A stretch of DNA of 64,000 nucleotides, from the NCBI GenBank assembly GCA_013239625.1, contig MU053934.1:12559413-12623412 (forward strand), read 5' to 3'. The notes below the pieces were generated by a model. That model saw only the letters and a program-made list of their open reading frames with translations, was not told where the DNA came from and ran no database searches. Positions within the stretch are counted from its first letter, which is position 1, and every line of letters starts with the position of its first letter. A program made the position numbers and the translations under genes. Positions 1 to 11,441 of this stretch are shown here, piece after piece. The stretch is from Lama guanicoe. Its lineage: Eukaryota.

Positions 1-2706
1 TTTATATTTTTTAAGCCTTAAACATTATTCTAGATTTGTTAACATATATATAAAAATAATATATGCTTTTAGCATAAATATGATTATATATTATAGTCCT
101 TGTTTTATATCATTTCTGATTATGTATTTCCTACCTTTAAAAAATTCCAATAGAGAAACTCTACATTAGGCGGGGTTTACTGCTGTCTATCGTCTTATTT
201 ATGTCAGCTGTTCACTTGTATTTAGCATTCCACGTGGAATTATGTCTTCATTTCACTAGGCTTTTCCTCCAGTATATGTTTCAGGAAGGGCACAGTGGGG
301 GCCAGGGTACCACCCAGCTTTGTTGGGGCTCAGTGACCAGGCAGTGGGGGTTCTTTTTCTTGTGGGTGCTGCAGTGGACCAGCTCATATGTGGGTGGATT
401 TCCCCACCTCCCAGGCCCCCAGTGTCCATTGGTGTTGGCTGCTGGCAGGCAGGTGACTGCCTCCACTCCTGCTCTGCCTGTGTTGTCTCTGAGGAAACAG
501 GATCTTCAGGTACATAGGCACAGGTCCCTCTCTCTTCCTTGTATAGACTGGAACAGGATTCCTGCCTCAGCAGGCAATTGGAAAAGGAGCTCTAAGGAGG
601 CCACTAAAGTTTGGACGTTCCCGGGACCCACTTTCTTGATTTTAATTTTTACCTCGATGGGAATTTGTGATATTTATGCCATCATAGCATAACCAGGACA
701 ATTACTTATGTCTCACAGTTTCCGTGGGTGATCCTGTGTGCTTCTGAAGTTCTGTCACCTTTCCAGCAGTGCCACATTTTTACTCTCTCTGGAAAGTTAA
801 GACGGCAGAAGTCCCACTATTTCAGGAGGTAACATGTCTCTAGTCACCTTCCCAGTAGTGAGTTTCTCCATGCAGGGCTGAGGTTGCCCTCAGTCTGGGT
901 TTTGACAAGGTAAGGTGTTTTCTCTCCGTAGAGAAGGGGACTAGACCCTTCCTTGGTCACCTGTGTGTCTCTAGGACCCATCACGGTCCTTGCATCTTGT
1001 GAACCTGGTTAGGGTGATCTCCCCACCAAGATGTCCTAAGCTATCTCAAGTGGACCCTTCTGCTCTCTGACAGCAGCCTGGCACTCAGACAGGTGATGCT
1101 GCAGGGAGACACATGGCCAATGGGGAGGTGCATCTCCATCCTCTCAAGGTCTTTGGATCCCAAACTTAACCAGGAGGCAGAGCCTGGGACAGGGACAGAA
1201 TCAGGGCAGCGTCCAGAAAGCTGGCCTCCAGCTTGAGGTCCACCTTAAGGCAGGGCCCCTTCCATCCTTTACTGCCATCTGATACACTGGGCAGGGGGTG
1301 TTGGGAGGAGCAGGTAGGCGAGATACCTGAGGATAAGCAGAGCCCAGGCTGGGAGCCAGGGGTGTGCCTTGGCCAGCCTGCTGCCTGAGTCAGGGAGCAT
1401 CTGTGCCCCAGAAGAAGAAACAAGCATGTGTTGTGGGGGGCCTGCCTCTGTCCCAGGAACTCCAGGCTCTTTTTCATGTCTGGGCCCTATCTGGCATCTG
1501 TCCCAAGACTGACTTACTCCTCAGCTTAAGTGAGAAGAAGATGCAGGAGACACGGCTTGTCCCTGGGAAACCAAGCACTGAGAGGAGGCCAGGCGTATGC
1601 ACCCCAGAAGCATCTGCACACAGGCCTGGAGGGGCCCGAGTCCTGGCGAGGAGGGGTTTGGATGAGGGAAGGCCGAGAACTGAGATGAGACGCCCAGGAT
1701 GACTCCCAGGCTTTCCACAGGGCCCAGTGACGGCAATGGGAGCCGGTGTGAGTGGCACCTGGCAGTCAAGACTTTCCAGAGGGCACAGGGGGAGGCCCAA
1801 GAGGCCAGGCCAATGAGGAGGGAAAAACAACTTTTGGATTTTCTTTATTTCGTTCATTTTTTACTCTTGATATCTCTGCTGAACTCGGGGTAAGAAGGTC
1901 AAGAGGCTGCTGGACGAGGGTGTGGGAGGCTCAGCCTTGGCCTCTCGGGCTCTGCTGTGGACCCTGGGAGGGAACAGTGCTAGCCTCCACTTCACACGTG
2001 TGGTGACGGGAGGGCACAACTTCCTCAGCAGCCCATCCCTGTGCTGGGCAGGACTGATGCCCCTGACCCCTGCGCTCCCTCCTCAGGGAGACCAGCCCCC
2101 TCCTCTCCTGTTAGCTCACAGTGGAATGGTCTTCTCAGGTTTCTGGTAATTTCATCAGGGCTGCATCATGTTGCTGAAACTACAGATAACATCTTCCTGT
2201 GGGTAACTCTTCCCTGCCAGAGCCCCCTGAGGCTGGACCCAAGCTCAGAGGAGGGACACGGTGGGTGGGGGACAAGCTTGGTGGTGTGAGGTCTGTTAGG
2301 CAGAAGCCAGTTGGCTGGGATGCCCGAACAGTGTTGAGAAACACTGCCATTTGCCACTAGAACCTACGGAAAAAGAGAAGGGGCAGGAGCTTGGTGGGGG
2401 GCCTGAGCTCCTGGAGCTGCTGTCGACTGTGTTGTCTCCTGACACCTCCAGCGGGGGGCCTCCTGACAAACCCCCAAGCCCAGGCACAGACACAGAGACC
2501 CACCCCTCCCAGAACAGCAGAGCACTGCCCCAGCCCAGGTCCACCTTAACTGGGCAGCCCTCTGGGCGGGGCAGGGTGCGTCACTGATGCCATCTGCATG
2601 GAAAGAGCCCCGGTGGCGCCCAGGCCTGAATCAGGAGTGGTGCATGCAGAGCTCCCGGCCTCCAGTCTCTTGCCTGGCTCCTCACGCTGGATCTGCGGCC
2701 CAGACC

Positions 2707-5700
2707 ATGATCCAGGGCGCCTCAGAGGCTGACGGCCCCAGCTGGGGCTGGGACGGGGACGGGGACGACGACTGGGATGGCGCCGTGCTGACCCTGCTGG
2801 CACTGGCTGTGGTGGCCGCCACCGCGCTGGCCTTGCACTGGTTTGGCTCTGGGCAGGACCAGGAGGCAGCAGGACCAGCGTCCACAGCCCCTCGGACCCA
2901 GACTTCTCAGGTGGGAGGAACTGGGCCAGCCCTGCCCCCAAAGTCCAAGGTCAGTGGTGGCATCAAGGGGCCCAGCTCAGGGCAGGGGAAGTCAGAGCCT
3001 CCAGGATGTGGCCAGGGGAGCCTGGCGGCAGCAGAGACACAAAATCAGGAACTCCTGGGAGGTAGAGGTCTGGCTGCCACAGCCGCACCTCCACCCAACA
3101 CACGTGGTGAGGTGACCAGTGGAGGGGCCTTGGGACAGCAGCATGGTAATGCCACCCCGGAAGCCCCCCGAGGAAAAGGAAGGGAGCCTCACAGGCCAGG
3201 TGCTGCCCTCCTGGGTAGGAGCAAAGCACAGGGGGCATCTACACCCCTCCTGATACACTTCACCCCTCAGAGTCCTGGCAGAGAAGTAGAGGTGCAGGTG
3301 AAGGCAGGAGGCATCCGAGCCAAGTCACCAGCTCACCAGGCCCCAGTCCACACAGTGGAACAGGACACCAGGCCCTGGCAACAAGGTGTAGGGTCACCTG
3401 GCTCACTGGGGAGGGGCCCGGGCAGCTGGCGGTGGCAGGTGGGCCACAGCTCAGGAGGCAGAGCCTGCCTGGGCACTGTGGTGAGCGTGTGGGATGCTGT
3501 GGATGCAGCCGGTAGCCTCCCTGCAGGCTCCGAGGGGCTCCGTTTCCTCCGGGAGCTGCCCCCATCACACACTGCACAGACTGGGCCCCTGAAGGATGTC
3601 TTAGAGAGGGGGCGTGGGAAGAGCAGACCCCAGCCAGCCCCAGTCCTAGCTCTGGACTCAGAAGCCAAAGCTGGTGAGAGCAGGGAGGCTGGGACCCTGG
3701 CCCCCAGGGAGTCTCAGGGGTCCCCAGCCTCCATGAAATGCTGGCCCTGGGCACGGAGGGAGGTGGTCATGAGGAGCTTCAGCCAGGCCCCAGGCTCCAT
3801 TGGCCCATCACCAGAGGGGCCACAGTGGGGACGCCCACTCTTGTCCCAAGGGCAGGGGACCACAGAGGCCTGCAACGTGGGAGAAGCTGGGGCTAATGGC
3901 TCTGGAGACGACACTGTCTTCAGTTCAGGGCCTGGAGGGACAAACAAGCGAGGAGGCCACAGCATCGAAGGGAGAAGATCCCTGCAAGGTCAGGTGGCTG
4001 GTGGTTCCGACAGAGCTAAGCTAGCTCCAGACATCCGCAGCTGCACCCCTTTCCGGAGCCCCTTAGTCTCGCCCCCTCCATGCATCTCTAAACCCCTCCC
4101 ACCCTCAGCTTCCCCATCCACAGCACATCCCCACCAAGGTCTCTTAGCTGTATCCCCAACTCTTCTGACCTCGTCTCCTTCAGACTCTTTGCCCCTCAGA
4201 GTTAACCAGAGTCCTGCAGAGGATGAAAATCTCAGAGCAGTGCCAGCCCCTCCCCCAACTGCAGCGCCCACTCCAGCCCCAGCCCCTCCCACAGGTGCAG
4301 CCTCTCCTCCAGCCCCAGCTGCAGCCCCTGCTCCTGCACCAGCCCCAGCTGCAGCCCCTCCCCCAGCCCCAGCTGCANNNNNNNNNNNNNNNNNNNNNNN
4401 NNNNNNNNNNNNNNNNNNNNNNNNNNNNNNNNNNNNNNNNNNNNNCCAGCCCCAGCCCCAGCTCCAGCCCCAGCCACAGCCCCTGCACCTGCTGGTGGGT
4501 CAAAGCTAGCATCTCGGGAGCCCAGTGCTCTCTGCAAGGGCAACCAGGAGGGGCAGTTCTCAACTAGCTGGGGAAACCTTATTTCAATGGTTCTTAGGAG
4601 TCACCCCTTCCCCAGGCAAGAGAGGCCCCAAAGGAGAGCCCCAAGGGCAGCTCTGGAGAGACCTAGAGATCCTAGCACTTCCACACCCTCTGAGAACAAA
4701 GAGTCTGATTCTCCCCTTGAAGAGGCTGTCCACAGCTGTGAGGACAGGCCAGGCTCAGCCGCACTGGTCACAGGGCCAGGCACAGGGGGCCTGGCTGAGG
4801 TTGGAGGTCAACCACAGCAGAGCAGTGTGGAGACCAAGGAGGCTCCCACCACAGGCCCTCCCTCAGGCCCAAGAGGGGATAGAGCTGAGGAGGACTGTCC
4901 AGACTTGCTGCTGCCCAGAGCCACAATGCCCAGGGCCCCCTCATGGCCACCTGCACAGACCCAGGCTGGGCCTGTACCATCCCCTGCTACAAGGCCTGTC
5001 CCCCGGCCGTGGAAACGCAGCGTGTGCGAAATGTCCGAGAACTCTGAGCAGGAGGTTAGCCGGGTGGCCTCAGGGCAACACCAAGCACAAGCGCCAAGTG
5101 GGGGGCCCAGCCCAGCCGGCAGCAGAGAGGTCCTCGTGGAGAAGCAGGAGGAGGCCCAGAAACTCCTGGTGTTTCTGCAGAGGCCTGGGGGCTGGGGAGT
5201 GGTGGAGGGGCCCCAGAAGCCCAGGTCCTCCACAGGGGACCCAGCTTCCACCACGGCAGTGGCTCTGCCACGGTGGCGGGACCTGGGCAGCTGCCTGGAT
5301 GTGTTGGCCTTCGCCCAGCAGCATGGGGCGCCCGGCCTGGCCCAGGAGACCTACGCCTTGATGAGTGACAATCTGCTGCACGTGCTGGGAGACCCGAGCC
5401 TCTACCGGCAGCTGAGTGGTGCTGACCGAGAGCGCATCCTGAGCCTTCGCACTGGCCGGGGCCAGGCTGTGCTGGGGGTCCTCGTGCTGCCCAGCCTCTA
5501 CCAGGTGAGCCGCTCGGGACTCACAAGGCACCCTTGTACTGCCGAGGCTCCTGCGGTGGGGCCTGTGCCCCCGCCTCCCCACACATACCTGCACGTGTTC
5601 CACCTCAGAGAGAACACCTGGCGGCCCCTGACCCAGGTTCCCCCAGAGGTCCCGCTTCGGGGCTGCGGTCTCTGCACCCTGCACAACTACCTGTTCTTGG

Positions 5701-6410
5701 CGGGGGGCATCCGTGGATCAGGCGCCAAGGCCGTCTGCTCCAACGAGGTCTTCTGCTACAACCCTCTGACCAACATCTGGAGCCAGGTGCGACCCATGCA
5801 GCAGGCCCGTGCCCAGCTCAAACTGGTGGCACTGGACGGGCTGCTCTACGCCATTGGGGGCGAGTGCCTGTACAGCATGGAGTGCTACGACCCGCGCACA
5901 GACGCCTGGACTTCCCGCGCGCCCCTCCCCGCAGGCACCTTCCCAGTGGCTCATGAGGCTGTGGCCTGCCGTGGGGACATCTATGTCACTGGGGGCCATC
6001 TCTTCTACCGCTTGCTCAGATACAGCCCCGCGAAGGATGTGTGGGATGAGTGCCCCTACAGTGCCAGCCACCGGCGGTCCAGTGACATGGTGGCCCTGGG
6101 GGGCTTCCTGTACCGCTTCGACCTGCTGCGGGGTGTGGGCGCTGCGGTGATGCGTTATAACACGGTGACGGGCTCCTGGAGCCGGGCTGCCTCTCTGCCC
6201 CTGCCCGACCCGGCCCCACTTCGCTGCGCTGTGCTGGGCAACACCATCTACTGCCTCAACCACCAGGTCACGGCCACCTTCACAGTCTTTGAGGGGACTG
6301 CCCAGTTCCAGGCCAAGGAGCTACAGCCTTTTCCCCTGAGGACCAAAGGGGTCCTCTGCCCATTCATCCTGACTCTGCCCCCGGCAGACCCGCTGCAGAC
6401 AGAGCTCTGA
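2707..6410 (+). CDS. KLHDC7B: Kelch domain-containing protein 7B, long single-exon form; reading frame interrupted by an assembly N-gap at 4378-4445
   Basis: The ATG at 2707 (accATG) starts MIQGASEADGPSWGWDGDGDDDWDGAVLTLLALAVVAATALALHWFGSG, the KLHDC7 N-terminus with a hydrophobic segment. The frame is open up to the gap. After the gap an open frame from 4446 (PAPAPAP...FSTSWGNLISM) runs into ORF 4587-6410, which has LGSCLDVLAFAQQH, YALMSDNLL and Kelch repeats (YLFLAGG, LYAIGG, IYVTGG). In-frame upstream ATGs at 2587 and 2644 have weaker context. Confidence 0.93.
4243..4490 (+). repeat. Coding low-complexity tandem repeat (CCAGCC/CCAGCT units, Pro-Ala rich) spanning the N-gap
   Basis: Repeated ccagccccagctgca-like units on both sides of 68 N. 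Confidence 0.85.
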
Positions 6411-7492
6411 GTGTTTGCGGGAGGAACCTGACCTCAGTGCTGCTCTCCAGGGAGACACCGGGGCCTCAGGGGCTCTCAGGGCAGGTGAGGCCCAGGGAGG
6501 AGGCTGGGATCCAGAACTTTCTGCTGTTGTTTCTGGGACAACTTTCGTTTTCTGTTCTAATAAGCCTCCTGACCCCTTTTCCCTCCCCTCTCTTGAGCCC
6601 TCTCCGTGTCTAAGCCCAGGCTCCCTGCACCTGGGAGCTGGTCCTTGGTTCCCTAGACTGGTTCCTCACCTCCCGCCAAACCCAGGCTGTTTCCTGCCTT
6701 TATGACTTCCTTCCCTCTCTGGTCACAGCACCTCAGCTGGCTCACACACTCCTCCAGGCAGAGCTCTTCTCTCACAGTACCACCCCACTGCCTGGAAATA
6801 ATCTGCACGTGGGACTCCTTGGGCTCCGAGAACCTGATGTGTCCCCAGGGGCCAGAACTTGGCTCACCAAGGAGCTTGGGGACCCCTGAGCCGAGGGAAG
6901 GAGATGACTGGGAACACATTCGTGTTCTGTCCCTGGGGCTACAGGCCAGGCAAGGAGCCCTCACGGGGTGGGAAAGGGGAACAAGGAGCAAAGAAGTCCC
7001 CAGGAAAACATCCTTGCCTCCGGGACTGCCTGCCTGTCCCGAGGCCTCTGGGACCCTGCTTCGCTCTCCCCTGGAAGCAAAGCCCTCCTTTGTCTGACCT
7101 CAAGGGCCTCGAACCCTTGTCTGTGAAAGCATCCTGCTGCCCAGACCCCAGCCCAGACTGGCCAGGACCACTCAGCTCATGCCCCTACGCAGCCTTGTGG
7201 GGTCTCTGCCACCTGCTTAGCCCCTCCAGAAGCCTGCTCCACTTCCCACCAGTCCTTTTCCTAGGTGAGGCCTGGGTTTTGCCCTCGCTCTGTCCCTTCT
7301 TAGCTGAGTGGACTTGGATGAGACATCTAACATCCCTTCTCTTGTCTGTGAATCGGGGCTGGTGGACACCTGCCTCTCAGGAGAGCTGTGAAAACACAGA
7401 GACATACTGAGCACCCAGCAGCGCGCCCAGGACACAAAACTGAATACATAATGTTCCCTCTCACCCACTTTGGAACTCCCTGTAGGAAGGTA

Positions 7493-7498
7493 AATAAA
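7493..7498 (+). terminator. Likely KLHDC7B polyadenylation signal AATAAA
   Basis: AATAAA about 1.1 kb after the stop codon, followed by T/GT-rich sequence. Confidence 0.6.
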
Positions 7499-7566
7499 TC
7501 CGACTGAAACCGCTGCCTGTTCCACCCTCTGACCTGGTTTGTCCCCAGCTGGCTTCTTTTTTGCTC

Positions 7567-7572
7567 TTTATT
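7567..7572 (-). terminator. Candidate SYCE3 polyadenylation signal (AATAAA on minus; alternative AGTAAA at 7704-7709)
   Basis: TTTATT on + about 230 nt past the SYCE3 stop. Confidence 0.45.
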
Positions 7573-7804
7573 CTGTTTGGCACCACTGGCACTAAGTACA
7601 TTTAATTCCTCAAGAGCATCTTGCACTTCTCATGTGTTGTTCACAAGGACTGATGTGCAGCTGGTGGGACAGAAAGGGTCCTCGGGCTGTGCTTGAAAAT
7701 AGGTTTACTGAGAAGTAAGTTCTGTGCCAAAGGCCATGCACTGGGGTCGCCGTTCCTCTGTGAAGCTTCTGTGCGCTGTGGTGCGGCTGGGTGGCGAGTG
7801 GGGG

Positions 7805-7962
7805 CTACTGCTTGCGCTTGGTCTCACTGAGCAGCTCCTGCCAGTTCTTCTCCATCTCCTCCTTGCAGTTAAGGAAGGCGTCTTCCAGCCGCCGCATGGA
7901 CTCCGCCAGCGTGGGGTTGGTGCGCATCACCACCATGTCGTAGGCCATCCACGTGGCCTGCA
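7805..7962 (-). CDS. SYCE3: Synaptonemal complex central element protein 3, last coding exon (158 nt)
   Basis: Encodes (V)QATWMAYDMVVMRTNPTLAESMRRLEDAFLNCKEEMEKNWQELLSETKRKQ*; acceptor ttgttgcag; the phase matches the upstream 109-nt exon. Confidence 0.96.
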
Positions 7963-9164
7963 CTGCAACAATCAGAGAGGCCCTGGTCAGGCCGCGGGGC
8001 GGCTGCAGCCCTGGGCCCCCATGGAGGGCTGGGTGCCTCCAGTCGTGTCCAGGGTCCTGGGGTCCAGAACCCCTGAATCGCCCAATTACTCTAAGGAGAG
8101 AAAGCTGGTAGGCCATGCGTTATACAGGCCTCAAAAACAAAAAACAAAAAACAACTCTATTAAAACTCCTCTACACAGAGCATTAATGACACCTCCTTAA
8201 TCTCACACAAGTCTCTACTTCACCAACACACAACACTACAAGGCTGAAGCCCAGACTGACAGTAAGTGTGAGGAAAAATTAGAGCAAACATACCTATCTG
8301 CAGCTCAAAATTGGTGGTTACAGGACGATCCCCCAAGAAGTCATAACACCCCCCCCCCCCCCCCCCCCACCCCACCCGCCCACCCCCCCCCCCCCCCCCC
8401 CCNNNNNNNNNNNNNNNNNNNNNNNNNNNNNNNNNNNNNNNNNNNNNNNNNNNNNAAATTGGTGGTTACAGGACGATCCCCCAAGAAGTCATAACACCCC
8501 CCCCCGCCCTGGGCACAGGTAGGGCTGACCACTCCCACTCCTGCGAGGCCCTGAGCCTCGGGCTACCTCATGCCGATTGGCCTGGGATGCCTGCCCACCT
8601 CCACCTGGGCACCTCTCTGCTTTCATTAAGGCCAGTCCAGGGACTCTTCCTGAGGAAGTTTGCTGTGTTCCACATTAGGCGTCCTTTGGTGCCCACCACT
8701 ACACTGTGACCCACTTTCTCACTCATTCCCTTTGAGAAGAACTTGAGGGCAATGCTCCCTGGGCCTACAGGGGGACATGTGCTTCCTGTACAAATCCAGT
8801 GGTTGTGTGCAGAAGCCCCACCTCCACACCTTCCCTCCGCAGCTCCTGCGCCACTGGCATGGTTCCCCCTTTAGAACTGTGAAGAACGGGGTTGTCTCTC
8901 CGGGCAGTAAGTATATCTGCTTGAACTGCTTACGCCTGGCTGGCTACTCTGGGAAACTATGTCCTTAAGGAAACTAAGCAAAAAAGAGACAAAACGATCA
9001 TTAATAAATGTACATGTATGTCTGCAGACAACTGAGGTCAGCAGCATGGCAGACTTGAAGTTCTACAGAAAGTGGCATCTGTTTGGTTAGAGAAAATTGT
9101 CAGAAAAGATCTGTGCCATACACCCCAACAGATACAGGGCACATGACTATACAGCCAGCACAAG

Positions 9165-9325
9165 AGTTCTCCAGTTTTTAGAAGCATGAGCGTCATCTGG
9201 AACACTCGTTAAAATGCAGACTGCTGGCCCCTCCCAGAACTCAAAGAGGTTCTTGTGTAGCAGGTTGGGAATGCTGCCCAGGAACCTGCATCTTAATAAG
9301 CATCCCGGGTAATGCTGCTGCAGGA
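9165..9325. mobile_element. MER5-like hAT/Charlie MITE
   Basis: Typical segments ttaaaatgcagactgctggccc and aggaacctgcatcttaataagcatccc. Confidence 0.6.
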
Positions 9326-10779
9326 AGCCTGCAGACCACCTGGATGGCAGGTGGAGCCCGGACCTGGAAGTGAGAGCACTGTGCTTCCCAGCTCCCCATC
9401 TGCTGGAATAAGTGGCTAAACTTACTAGCCTCAGTCTCCTCATACGTAAAGGACAGACAATGTCCTGATCTCACGGCTTTCTGTGAAGATTGAGCGGATG
9501 ATATATGTAAACTGCCGTGCACATATTAGGTGCTCAGAAATAAGAAACTCTTACTAAAAAATAAATGAGGTATTCAGGGCAAGGAATTAGGGTGGGTTTA
9601 AAAAAAAACAAACAGCTCACAGAAATGAATGTCATATAGTCCGTCCTACACAGCAGCTGGAATTCTAGCCCTGAGTTTCCTTAGGCCAAAGCAGAGAAGG
9701 AAACATGCTTAGTTATACGACTCAGTGACCATAAAATAAAAACAAATCCATTGTTCCATTGTTTAAGACCCAAGAATTTTCCTATAGGCATAGCCTATGA
9801 GAGGTATGCAATATAGCTGAAAATGCCCTTGACAAATCCCTGCTCTAAATACAAGGAGACTCTTCTGTGTCTATAGTGTAACCACTGGTGAAAGAACCTG
9901 GTGGCACAGCAGCAAAGCACAGCTCAGAGAAGGCGGTTCAATGAGCAGCGAAACACGGCACCAAGGCACAGCTCTCCCGTGACCTGATCCAAGGGAGAAA
10001 ACCAGAATACACAGAATAGGACGGACGCATATTTAGAAAACTCTACAGAAATACATGCTTCCTGAGGTTTTCGTTCATCTAGTGTTTACTGAGCACCTGC
10101 TCTGTGTTGGCATTTGCTAAGACAGCCCTGCCATACTGTACTACAGGATGGACACATCCTGCCCTCATGCAGTGTCTCTGCCAGCTGCAGTGGGAGGCGA
10201 CAGATAATAAACACACAAGACGACTGCAGGTTGTGAACAGTGCTGTGAAGGAAATAAGCAGTGTATGTTGTGACAGAGAAATGTGGTAGGAGAAGCCTTA
10301 TTTTAGAGCAGGTGGCGAGGACAAGCCTTCTCAAAGGGCTTTAGGGAAGGCCTGCACAGTAGCAAAGCCAAGGGCATAATCTCCAGAGGGACCTGAACAG
10401 CAGATATTCTGAGATGCTAATTAGGACTCACCCCACACACTCTGTGGCTTTACCTGCTGGGTAGGGCCAGGTCTGCACACAGAAAGAAATTTTAAAAAAT
10501 GGTCAAGATGTGCACCTAGATGCCGGGTTCAGTAAAGGATGAAGATGAAGTGTTCCAAAAATCTGTATGGGAGAGCGGAGGACTATGGGATGCAATAAAG
10601 TGGATTTATTTTGAGCCTAAAAGGGGGAAGCAGAGAAAAAGGAATGAAACGAAGGCCAGCTGACCAGGGATAAAGAGATGAAGATAAGCCAGCCTGGAGT
10701 TTCCAGCCCACAGACAAACTCACATCACTTGCAAAACAGAATAATCAGTGTTGTAAAACGCAAGTGGTGACGTTCTATA

Positions 10780-11435
10780 GTCTCAAGTCTTGGGTCCCAG
10801 GTCCTTTCACAGAGGAGTTCTGCCAGACATTGAAAGAACAGTTAATTCTTATCTAATATAAGTGATTTCGGAAACTAGAGAAAGAGAGAAGACTGATAAG
10901 CTCACTGTATGGACTGGTGTAACTTTTTAAGAAAAGGATTTTATAGAAGCATTCTATTTATACTGTAGAAGATTTGAGAACAGAGATAAGCAAAAATAAA
11001 AACATAACTTTCCCTGAGCTGGTTTATTTTGAAATCAAAGAGTATATGAAAAAATTATAGGTCTGCCTAACATGAATATAGATGTAAAATCCTAAATATA
11101 ATATTATCTAATCAAATCTAACAATGTATTAAAATAATGTTATGATCAAGTAGAGTTTGTAAAGAAATTCAAGGATAGCTGAGTATCAGAAAATCAGTAT
11201 AACTAACCACAATAAAAGGGGGGGAATCATAGGAATATCTCAGTTAATGCAAAAAAAAAAAGGCAGTTAATAATGCCCATACCTATTTTTGATTTTAGAA
11301 AATCAAAGCTCTCACAAATTAGGACTAGAAGGAGACATTTTAACTTAGTAAAGGTGATATACCAAAAACTAATAGCAAACATTATACTTAATGGAGAAAC
11401 CGTGGCTATACTCCTTTTTAAGATTGGTATCGAAA
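10780..11435 (+). mobile_element. Old L1 ORF2 fragment
   Basis: Decayed ORF2-like sequence (F-NLVKVIYQKLIANIILNGE). Confidence 0.65.
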
Positions 11436-11441
11436 CAGATT

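Noticed and set aside
201..2600. Short ORFs upstream of KLHDC7B and a possible divergent lncRNA
   Set aside because: No protein similarity recognised and no exon structure supportable from sequence alone
4378..4509. Apparent frameshift and premature stop in KLHDC7B
   Set aside because: The shift falls inside an N-gap of estimated length; both flanks are open in their own frames
7963..8116. N-terminal part of the 103-aa ORF 7805-8116
   Set aside because: Intronic; the true SYCE3 N-terminus is the exon at 21172-21280
8308..8505. Direct repeat of ~50 bp and poly-C tract around the N-gap at 8403-8455
   Set aside because: The same sequence on both sides of a gap next to a homopolymer is a typical unmerged contig overlap
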